Source of the DNA: Myxococcota bacterium | GTDB lineage: Bacteria > Myxococcota_A > UBA9160 > SMWR01 | Direction: 5' to 3' | Length of the DNA: 64,000 bases | Assembly: GCA_035541475.1 (NCBI GenBank) | Contig: DATKND010000047.1 | Location: 508-64,507, forward strand | Part shown: one piece after another, positions 1-7,767 of the stretch | Numbering within the stretch: position 1 is the stretch's first letter | How the letters are laid out: the number at the start of each line of letters is the position of its first letter | The notes under the pieces: model-generated | What the model was told of the DNA's origin: nothing | Databases searched by the model: none | Seen by the model: the letters and a program-made list of their open reading frames with translations, nothing else | Made by a program: the position numbers and the translations under genes

Positions 1-2
1 TC

Positions 3-197
3 TTCGACGACACGACCGACGCGCGCGAGCGTCGCGATCTGCTGGCGTCGGATCCCGAGCGCGCCGCGCGCCTGCGCGAGCTCGCGCACGCCTATCTCAC
101 GACGTCGCCCGCGCCGTGGGCGGAGCAGGCGGGCAAGCTCGAATTGAACGAGCTGGAGCTGAATCAGCTGCGCGCGCTGGGCTATGCGGTGCCTTAG
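3..197 (+). CDS. Sulfatase-family protein, C-terminal end (5' partial)
   Basis: Frame 3 reads FDDTTDARERRDLLASDPERAARL...ELNQLRALGYAVP*. The (L)FD..D..ER.DL and terminal LRALGY motifs are typical of sulfatase C-termini. Stop overlaps the convergent TonB receptor stop. Confidence 0.6.
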   Translation, partial: FDDTTDARERRDLLASDPERAARLRELAHAYLTTSPAPWAEQAGKLELNELELNQLRALGYAVP

Positions 198-3055
198 AAG
201 CTCACGGTGAGGTCGGCGCCGAAGGTGCGCGGATCACCGTAGTAGTTGATCACCACGTTCGAGAACTGCGACGCGTCGAAGCCATAGGTCTTGTAGGTGG
301 TGTCGAGGAAGTTCCGCACCCAGCCGCCGATCTCGAACTTCCCGTCCGCCGTGCGGTAGCTGAGGCGCGCGTTCAGCAGCCAGAAGGCCGGCTGGCCGAC
401 CGCGAAGCGCGGCAGGAACTGCACGCCCAGCGGGCTCGGGTTGCCGCGCCCTTCGGCCGGGTCGAAGAAGACGTCGTCGCTCCAGGCGAAGTCGAAGCGC
501 GGGATCAGCGAGCCGTAGCGCCCGAGATCGGTCGTGTACTCGAGCGAGCCGCTCAGCTTGAACTCGGGGGAGTTCGGCAGACGGTTGCCGGTGTAGTCCA
601 CCGTCACGTCGAGATTCTTGATGGTGTTGCCGGGACCCGGAACGCTCTGGGTCACCGTGTTCGTGAAGTCGAGGTACTGGCTCTCCAGCCAGCCGAAGTG
701 CCCGGTGAAGATCAGCGATTCGATCGGCTCGACCCGCAGATCCACGTCCGCGCCGTAGATCTCCGCACCGTTCGCGTTGATGATCGCGATGCCAGGGGGA
801 CCGGCCACGGTGTCCTGCACGACGAGCGTCTGATAGTTCTTGTATTTGTAGTAGAAGACCGCGCCCGAGAAGCTGAGGCGCGAGTCGAGCCAGTTGCCCT
901 TCAGCCCCATCTCGAAGGAATCGATCTCCTCCGGCTTCGCGACAGTGACACCCCCGGGAGCGGCGCTGGTGTCCTGCGTCTGCGCGCTGATCATTCCGCC
1001 TTTCCAGCCGTGGGTGTACTTCCAGTACACCGACGTGTCCTCGAAGAGCTGGTACTTCAAGGTCGCGCTGCCGGTCGGCGACTGCCACGTCTGCGTCAGA
1101 TTGCTCGGGACGGGAGGCAGCCCCGGCTGGGTGACGAAGGTCAGCGTGTTGTTGAAGAGCTTCTGCTCCCAGTTGTAGCGGGCGGCGACGTCGAGCGTGA
1201 AGTCCTGCGCGAAGTCCCACTGCCCTCCGGCGTAGCCGGCCACGCTGTAGATCAGCTGCCGGTAGTTGAGGTTGTCCTCGTCGGGGGTGAGCGAGCTGCC
1301 CTGCGCGCCCTTGAAGTACTGGTTGAGGTTGTTGTTGAGGTTCTCGTTCAAGGTGAACCCGCCGACCTGCCAGCGCACCGGCAGCTCGGAGAGCTCGCCG
1401 CTCGCGCGCAAATCCTGCGTCGCCTGCCACGCGTTGTCCGTCTGCTCGGCCTCGAAGAGCACGTTCGGCGTGAAGTCCTGATCCGTGTTGCGGAAGCGGT
1501 CGTACGCGTCGTAGCCGGTGACGCTCGTCAAGGTCACGTTCGGCGACACGTTCCAGGTGCCGTTCGCGTAGCCGCCCCAGGTCTGGAGACGCGTATTGCC
1601 GGTGCGGTCGTAGTCGCCCTGCCAGACGTGCTGGTCTCCGATCTGGGCCAGATGCTGGCCGAGCGCCTGAGCGAGGTCCGTGCCGGTGAGGCCCTGGTTC
1701 TGATAGCGAGTCTGGATCGCCACCACGTCGCGATCGCGGTACGGGAGCGCGGTGGAGCCGCCGTAGAAGGCGTTTTGCGTCCCGATCGCCTGGCCGAGCG
1801 CCGACGTGGTGTCGAGCTCGCTGCCGTGGGCGTTGAAGAGCCACTCCATGTTCGTGTCCGGCGGCGTGTATTTCACGGTGCCGCGCGCGGACCAGTTGCC
1901 CATGTCGTTGACCTTGTCGTCGAGGCCGCCGGGCAGTGCCGAGAGGGTGCGCCCGAACGGGAACAAGCTCGTCTGGTTCCCCGTGCCGCCCGGAGTGGGG
2001 TATCGGTTGAAGGTCTGCTCGCCGCAGAACGAGACCTGGTTCCAGATGGAGTTCGAGGCGGGCCGAGGCGCGGCCAGGGCTTCGGCGCGGCGGTCTTCCA
2101 GCGGCGGCACGTGCTCGCCGGCGAGCGCGTTGGCACCCGAGTTGGCCGGAATGAATGGCAGGCCCGAGCGCTGGACCGGGGGCTGGTCGATGAAAGGAAT
2201 GCGGCTGCAGCGGTTCGTCAGGATCGGATCGCGCTCGGTGAAGCGGAAGGCGAGCCGCGTCGAGAGCTGGTCCTCGACGATCGGCACCTGGATCGCGCCT
2301 TCGTAATCTTGATAACCGAAGTTGCCGAGCGACGAGCGCAAGGTCGCCTCGAGGTCGTCGCCCGGCTTCTTCGACACGATCCGGATCACGCCGGCCGACG
2401 CGTTGCGCGCCGGGCCGCCACCTTGCGGCCCCTTCTCGACCGAGACGTTCTCCATGTCGAAGAGCTGCCCGAGCTGGTTGGCCGGCGCGTTGCGCGGCAC
2501 GTCGTCCTGGTAGACGGCGACGGCGCCGGAGCCGTTCGCCGCGAAGTCGTTGAGGCCGACGCCGCGGATGAAGAAGGTCGGCGCGGTCGCGCCCGCCGTC
2601 TTGATCTCGAGGTTAGGCGTGTAGGCCGACAGATCGGACACGTTCTGCGCGCCGAGCGCCTGCAGCGCCTCGGCGTCGAACTGAGTGACGGCGGCCGCGA
2701 TCTCGGGCTGGATCGCCTCCTCGGTCTGCTGCCCGAGCACGTGGATCACCTCGACGCCTGGGGGCAGCTCCGCCTCCGGAGTGCGCGGGCCCTCGTCGGC
2801 AGCCGGCTGCGTCGTCTGCTTCGCGCCCGGAGCCGGCTCCTTCTTCTTCGGCTGCGGCGCGGTCTGCGGTGTCTCGGCGGGCGCCTGCTCCTGTGTCGTG
2901 GCGGCGTCCGACTTCGCAGCGCTCTCGTCCGGCGTCTCGTCGCTCGTCTGCGCCGATGCGACCGCGCCTAGCAGCAGCGCGAAAGCGAGCGCCGCGGCCG
3001 GGCGCAACGCGCGAGGGCGCGCCCGCCTCCGCCAGCGAAGGCTTCGACACGACAT
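194..3055 (-). CDS. TonB-dependent outer membrane receptor
   Basis: Start trimmed to ATG 3055 (MSCRSLRWRR..., signal peptide ALLLGAVASA). Plug motifs FIRGVG, YQDDV and EKGPQG..RNASAGVI, beta-barrel pattern, C-terminal PRTFGADLTVSF. Confidence 0.93.
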   Translation of the reverse strand: MSCRSLRWRRRARPRALRPAAALAFALLLGAVASAQTSDETPDESAAKSDAATTQEQAPAETPQTAPQPKKKEPAPGAKQTTQPAADEGPRTPEAELPPGVEVIHVLGQQTEEAIQPEIAAAVTQFDAEALQALGAQNVSDLSAYTPNLEIKTAGATAPTFFIRGVGLNDFAANGSGAVAVYQDDVPRNAPANQLGQLFDMENVSVEKGPQGGGPARNASAGVIRIVSKKPGDDLEATLRSSLGNFGYQDYEGAIQVPIVEDQLSTRLAFRFTERDPILTNRCSRIPFIDQPPVQRSGLPFIPANSGANALAGEHVPPLEDRRAEALAAPRPASNSIWNQVSFCGEQTFNRYPTPGGTGNQTSLFPFGRTLSALPGGLDDKVNDMGNWSARGTVKYTPPDTNMEWLFNAHGSELDTTSALGQAIGTQNAFYGGSTALPYRDRDVVAIQTRYQNQGLTGTDLAQALGQHLAQIGDQHVWQGDYDRTGNTRLQTWGGYANGTWNVSPNVTLTSVTGYDAYDRFRNTDQDFTPNVLFEAEQTDNAWQATQDLRASGELSELPVRWQVGGFTLNENLNNNLNQYFKGAQGSSLTPDEDNLNYRQLIYSVAGYAGGQWDFAQDFTLDVAARYNWEQKLFNNTLTFVTQPGLPPVPSNLTQTWQSPTGSATLKYQLFEDTSVYWKYTHGWKGGMISAQTQDTSAAPGGVTVAKPEEIDSFEMGLKGNWLDSRLSFSGAVFYYKYKNYQTLVVQDTVAGPPGIAIINANGAEIYGADVDLRVEPIESLIFTGHFGWLESQYLDFTNTVTQSVPGPGNTIKNLDVTVDYTGNRLPNSPEFKLSGSLEYTTDLGRYGSLIPRFDFAWSDDVFFDPAEGRGNPSPLGVQFLPRFAVGQPAFWLLNARLSYRTADGKFEIGGWVRNFLDTTYKTYGFDASQFSNVVINYYGDPRTFGADLTVSF

Positions 3056-3100
3056 GCGATCACCTGCACCGCGCCACCTCGGGTCCGCCGCGGCCGGCGG

Positions 3101-3129
3101 ATTCTCAAGGAGGCGCTGCGGCGAGTCAA
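3101..3129 (-). promoter_or_regulatory. Candidate sigma70 promoter for the TonB receptor
   Basis: Minus strand TTGACT-N17-GAGAAT, about 45 nt upstream of ATG 3055. Confidence 0.35.
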
Positions 3130-3201
3130 CGTCCGATGCGCGACGCGCGGCGCACTGGCCACTTGATCGACGCGTCACGGCTGGTCCATGCTGCGCGCCC
3201 G

Positions 3202-4197
3202 ATGTACGCACGCCGGGCTCCGCGCAGCGCATTCCTCTTCGTCGGTCTGGCCGCTGCGCTCGCTCGGCCGGCCGGCGCCGATTCCGACGAGACGCAGCGC
3301 TGGGTGCCGTCGTTCGGACTCACGAGCGGCGTCTTCGCGCAGAAGGCCGACGCGAGCACCAACTCGACGGGGCTCACCTACAACTTCATCCTCCGTCAGA
3401 ATTCGTTCGGCCAGGAGGTCGACACGGTCACGCAGATCACCGATGCGAATCTGCGTCCACCGACCGACGGCGACGACATCCTCGTGACGCCCTTCATCGG
3501 CGGCACGTTCGAGCTCGAGACGCCGGGCGTGCAGGCGTGGCCGGGTCGGCCGCGCCTGTTCGTGCGCGGCGACATCGCGGCCGCGTTCGGGACCGAACGG
3601 AAGATCGCGCGGGAGAAGACGCCGACCGGCCTGCCTGATCCGCTCCCGGATCAGCCCTTCTTCGGGGAGGAAGCGGTGCCCGGCATCGGCAGCGAGACGA
3701 CCGCCGAGGTGCAGCCGCTCACGTACTCCGCCGGCGCGGGCGTCGCGTTCACGATCGACATCGGATCGCGCCGCCTCCGCATCAAGCCATCGATCGAGTA
3801 CATCCACGAGCAGATCGACTTCACCGGGGCGATCATCCGCGCGGTCAACACCGATTCGGGAATCGTCGCGCAGCAGGGCATCACCGCGAAGCCGTCCGTG
3901 TTCTTCGGTGTCACCTTGCAGAAGGACGAGAAGCAGGACTTCCAAGGGCTCGGCCCGGGCCTCGAGCTCGAGATGGACACCGCGCGCCTCGGACCCTTCA
4001 TGCTCTCGATCTTCATGAACGGGCGCGGCATGAAGGTGCTCGGCGACACGAAGGTGCAGTGGTCCGACAGCACGACCGTCACCGATCCCGCGATGGTCCC
4101 GAACACCACGACCTTCGACGCGAACTGGGAGTACGAGAACAAGCCCTGGATCTTCGGCGGCGGCGTCGGCATCCGGTTCCGCTGGGTTCCGCAGTGA
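3202..4197 (+). CDS. Secreted / outer-membrane beta-barrel-like hypothetical protein
   Basis: Start trimmed to ATG 3202. Signal peptide (AFLFVGLAAALARPAGA-D), amphipathic strands, C-terminal GGVGIRFRWVPQ resembling a terminal barrel strand. Confidence 0.65.
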   Translation: MYARRAPRSAFLFVGLAAALARPAGADSDETQRWVPSFGLTSGVFAQKADASTNSTGLTYNFILRQNSFGQEVDTVTQITDANLRPPTDGDDILVTPFIGGTFELETPGVQAWPGRPRLFVRGDIAAAFGTERKIAREKTPTGLPDPLPDQPFFGEEAVPGIGSETTAEVQPLTYSAGAGVAFTIDIGSRRLRIKPSIEYIHEQIDFTGAIIRAVNTDSGIVAQQGITAKPSVFFGVTLQKDEKQDFQGLGPGLELEMDTARLGPFMLSIFMNGRGMKVLGDTKVQWSDSTTVTDPAMVPNTTTFDANWEYENKPWIFGGGVGIRFRWVPQ

Positions 4198-4216
4198 CGG
4201 AGCGCGACACGCGCGA

Positions 4217-6382
4217 GTGAACGCGGAACCGCGAAGCGCATGGCTCGCGCTGGCCGCGTTCGGATGCATCGCGGCCGCGATGGCGATCGCCGCGGGGCAG
4301 CCGGTCTTCACCGACGACCTCTGGTGGCACCTCGGCCTCGGCGAGGCCTACCTGGCGCACGGACCCTGGCTGCAAAGCGACCCGCTGCTCTTCACGGCCC
4401 CGGGACCGCCGGATCCGTCGGCATGGCTCTCGGACGCAGCACTCTTCGCCGTCTGGAAGCACGCGGGCTTCATCGGACTGCGCGTGATGCACGCGGCGAT
4501 CGTCGCGTCGCTGATGGCGCTCGTGTTCGCGCTGGCGCGTCGCGCCTCCGGCTCGCGCGCCGTCGCCGCGGTCGTCGGCATCGCCTTCGTCGCGCTCGCG
4601 GGCTATCGGCTGGTGCAGCTCCGCCCCGAGCTCTTCACGATCGCCGCGACGCTCGGACTCTACGCCCTCTGGTGTGAGGGGGCCGAGCGGGCCTCGTGGC
4701 GGCGGATCGCGGCGACCGCGCTGCTCTTCGCCGTCTGGGCGAACTGTCATGCGGCCTTCCCGCTCGGCCTCGCGCTGCTCGCGGCGAGCGCGGCGGCGGA
4801 GCTCGTCGGTGCGGCCATCGCGCGACCGCCGGCGCGCTCGGCGATGCGCGCGCGCGGCGCGCGCCTCCTCGCGGCGTTCCTCGCGGGGCTCCTCGCCTCC
4901 TTCGCGAATCCGAGCGGCGCCGCCGCGTCCTGGACCTGGCTCCGCGCCGGGGTGTCGACGCCGGAGCTCGCGCGCGTCGCGGACGAGTGGGCGCGCTTCG
5001 TGCCGTGGCGCCTCCCCGTGTCGAACCTTCCGCCCTCGCCGCTCGCGTGGGCGCTCGCGATCGCGCTGCTCGCGCTGGTGCCGGGGCTCGCGCTTCACGC
5101 GCTGCGCCGCGCGCGCGCGGACGCGCCGGCCGCGGACTCCGATCTCGGCCCGACACGGATCGCCTGGGCGCTCGTCGCCGCGGCGGCGCTGCTCGCGGCG
5201 GTCCGCTTCCTCTGGCTCGGGATCTTCGCGTCGTTCGCGCTCGCGCTGGCGACACGCGGGCGCGTCCGAACCGCGTGGGTGTCGCTCGCCGCGGTGGTGC
5301 TCGCCGCTGCATTCTTTCCCCTCGGCGACTGGCCGATGATCTCCGCCGTGATGCCGCGCTCACGCGCGGGCTACGCCGAGCCGTACAACGCCGCCAAGTA
5401 CTACGCGCACGCGATCTGGTTCCTCCAGGATGCAGAGCTCGAGGGGAACGTCTTCATCGACTACCCGATCGGCGGCTTCGTGGGCTTCTTTGGCGCTCCG
5501 CGGCTGCGCGCCTTCGTGAACGGCTCGCTGAACGTCACGCGCGACGCGATCGACGCGAACCGGCCGCTGCGCGAGGGTCGCGGCGCGCGTCCCGGCGAGA
5601 GCTTCCTCGCGCTCCTCGACCGCATGCAGATCGACATCTACGTCGGCACGCGGCTGCCGGAGACGGGGCCGGCGCGACGGCCGTGGTTCTACACGACCGC
5701 GCTGCTCGAGAACGCGTCCGGCTGGCTGCTCGTGTTCCGCAATGCCGACAGCGCCGTCTACCTGCGGACGAACGGGCGCAACCAGGCGAATCTCGCGCGG
5801 GTCGCCGACTACTATGCGCGCGAGCACGTGCCCTTCGATCCGGCGCGCGGCTTCGAGCCGGAGTCCGCGATCCGCGCCGCGAGGCTCTTCGCGGTCACGC
5901 ACGGCATCGTGCCGGTCCACTTCGAGGATCTCGCCGAGGCCGCGCACTCGGGTCCTGCCGCCGCGCGACGCGCCGCCGCCGGCTCGCTCGCCTCGATCTA
6001 CGCGGCGCTCGGACGCTACGAGCGGGCGCTGCGCCTCGACCGCGCAACGCTCGAGGGCGATCCGACCGCGCTCTCCGCGCGACGCCGCCTGGTGTGGGCG
6101 CTGCTGCGGCTGGGGCGCCTCGACGAGGCGCGGAGCGAAGCGGCCGCGCTCCTCGAGGCCGCGGGCGACGACGCGCTCTCGCAGCAAATTGCGCAGACCG
6201 CGAACGACGTCGCATCGCAGGGCGACGAAGCCCGTGCCGCGCGCATCGCGACCCTTCCCGTGTTCACGCCCGCCGAGGCGGCGCACACGATGTCGGGCAT
6301 GGCGCTGCCCGAGGTGCGCGCTCAGCGCGCGAGGGACCCCCAGATCGGGTCGAGCGCCAGCGCGACGCCCTCGTCCACGTGA
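4217..6382 (+). CDS. Polytopic membrane protein, GT-C glycosyltransferase-like, with C-terminal TPR-like helices
   Basis: DDLWWHLGLG motif after the first TM helix, about 11 TM segments, C-terminal ALGRYERAL and LGRLDEA TPR-like motifs. Confidence 0.6.
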   Translation: MNAEPRSAWLALAAFGCIAAAMAIAAGQPVFTDDLWWHLGLGEAYLAHGPWLQSDPLLFTAPGPPDPSAWLSDAALFAVWKHAGFIGLRVMHAAIVASLMALVFALARRASGSRAVAAVVGIAFVALAGYRLVQLRPELFTIAATLGLYALWCEGAERASWRRIAATALLFAVWANCHAAFPLGLALLAASAAAELVGAAIARPPARSAMRARGARLLAAFLAGLLASFANPSGAAASWTWLRAGVSTPELARVADEWARFVPWRLPVSNLPPSPLAWALAIALLALVPGLALHALRRARADAPAADSDLGPTRIAWALVAAAALLAAVRFLWLGIFASFALALATRGRVRTAWVSLAAVVLAAAFFPLGDWPMISAVMPRSRAGYAEPYNAAKYYAHAIWFLQDAELEGNVFIDYPIGGFVGFFGAPRLRAFVNGSLNVTRDAIDANRPLREGRGARPGESFLALLDRMQIDIYVGTRLPETGPARRPWFYTTALLENASGWLLVFRNADSAVYLRTNGRNQANLARVADYYAREHVPFDPARGFEPESAIRAARLFAVTHGIVPVHFEDLAEAAHSGPAAARRAAAGSLASIYAALGRYERALRLDRATLEGDPTALSARRRLVWALLRLGRLDEARSEAAALLEAAGDDALSQQIAQTANDVASQGDEARAARIATLPVFTPAEAAHTMSGMALPEVRAQRARDPQIGSSASATPSST

Positions 6383-7098
6383 AGCGGATCGTCGAGCAGC
6401 ACGCGCCGCAGCTTCGGCTCGAGCTCCTTCTCCGAGCCGCCCGGCCCGCGCGGCGGCGCCGCGTCGTAGACGAGGTCGAGCCCGCCCCAGCGCTCGAGCG
6501 TTCTGCGGCCGGGACGCAGCGCGAGCAGATGCAGCGAGAGGCCGCTGACCTTCCCCTGGAGCGCGCTGTCCCCGACTACGCCCTCGCCGGCGAAGACGGG
6601 CGCGTCCACCGGCAAAGACGCGTTCTCGGCCGGCTCGACGCGAAGCCTCCGCTGTACGCCGTCCCAACGCACCGTGCGTCCCGAGAGCTTCGCGGGGCGC
6701 AGCGCCAGCGACGGCAACAGCAGCATGTCGAAGCTCTGCGTCTCGGCGAGCTTCTTCTCTAAGGCCTGCGCGGCGGCGCGGAAGTCCTTGGCCGGGCTTC
6801 CCTCCGGCACGACGCTCGCCACGGCCCCGCGCCACAGCACGACCGCGTCCGGCGTCCAGATGACCGCGACGCGCGCGCCGCGCCGCTGGAGGCTCCGGAT
6901 CAACGAGAGCTCGGCGATCGGCACCGCGTCCTCGAGGTCGGACGAGAGCTCGACGCCGAGGTTGAGCGGCGCGATCACGACGCGCGGGCCGGTCGCCTGA
7001 GCGCCACCGCCCTCCTCGACCATCTTCGGCCCGTGGCTCGCGCAGCTCGCGAGCGCGACCGCGAGCAGCGTGAGCGCGCCGGCGCGGCGGCGATGCAT
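6322..7098 (-). CDS. Lipoprotein, hypothetical
   Basis: Start trimmed to ATG 7098. MHRRRAGALTLLAVALASC lipobox followed by a globular domain. Confidence 0.65.
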   Translation of the reverse strand: MHRRRAGALTLLAVALASCASHGPKMVEEGGGAQATGPRVVIAPLNLGVELSSDLEDAVPIAELSLIRSLQRRGARVAVIWTPDAVVLWRGAVASVVPEGSPAKDFRAAAQALEKKLAETQSFDMLLLPSLALRPAKLSGRTVRWDGVQRRLRVEPAENASLPVDAPVFAGEGVVGDSALQGKVSGLSLHLLALRPGRRTLERWGGLDLVYDAAPPRGPGGSEKELEPKLRRVLLDDPLHVDEGVALALDPIWGSLAR

Positions 7099-7186
7099 GC
7101 AACGACCCCCCGAGAGGCCGGCGAGGATACCGGCCGAGCGGCCGACGCAAAGCCTCTCACCCTGGTACCGTGGTGTCGTGTCGCGG

Positions 7187-7726
7187 ATGCTGCGCCTCGC
7201 TGCGCGGCTCTCGCTCGGCGGCGCGCTGGCCTGCGCGAGCGCGCCGGTCGAGGTCGATGCGCCGCGCGATCTCCAGGGCTTTCGCACCTGGGAGTGGCGA
7301 CAGCCCGCCGATCCTCCAGCCATCGCTCCGGCCGATCCGGTGCTCGACGCCCGCCTGCGCGACGCGATCGGGCGAGAGCTCTACGCGCGCGGCTTCCGTC
7401 CGTCGACCGACGAGCACGCCGACCTCGGCGTCACCTATCGAGTCGCGCTGAAGCGCGAGGTCGTGGTCCGCACCGAGACGCCCGCGCAGCAGGATCTCCA
7501 GGGCCTCCACGCCGGGACTCCTTCGTACGAGATCGTCGCGAGCCAGCGTCGTCTCGTGCGCTACGAGCGCTTCGCCCTGCACGTCGAGCTGCGCGAGTCG
7601 GCGACGGGCGACGTCGTCTGGCGCGCCGACCTCGCGGACCGCACGCGCGGCCGCCTCGCCGCGACGGCCGACGAAGCGGTGGCCGCCCTGCTGCGAGAGC
7701 TTCCTCCGCGTCGCGAGCGCATCTGA
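7187..7726 (+). CDS. DUF4136-like lipoprotein
   Basis: LSLGGALAC lipobox; GFRTWEW, LDARLRDAIGRELYARGF, ADLGVTY and L.VELRESATGDVVWR match the DUF4136 pattern. Confidence 0.7.
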   Translation: MLRLAARLSLGGALACASAPVEVDAPRDLQGFRTWEWRQPADPPAIAPADPVLDARLRDAIGRELYARGFRPSTDEHADLGVTYRVALKREVVVRTETPAQQDLQGLHAGTPSYEIVASQRRLVRYERFALHVELRESATGDVVWRADLADRTRGRLAATADEAVAALLRELPPRRERI

Positions 7727-7767
7727 TCGGATAGGCTCCGCCCGCGAACCGAGGCCGGGACCCCGTC

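Noticed and set aside
116-2971. 951-aa plus-strand ORF
   Set aside because: Antisense shadow of the TonB receptor; no motifs, composition typical of reverse-frame high-GC DNA.
3056-3201. Cobalamin or other riboswitch ahead of the TonB receptor
   Set aside because: The leader is too short and lacks recognisable conserved riboswitch boxes.
6322-6382. 61-bp convergent overlap as a regulatory antisense pair
   Set aside because: 3' overlaps from stop-codon drift are common in very high-GC genomes; nothing else supports a function.
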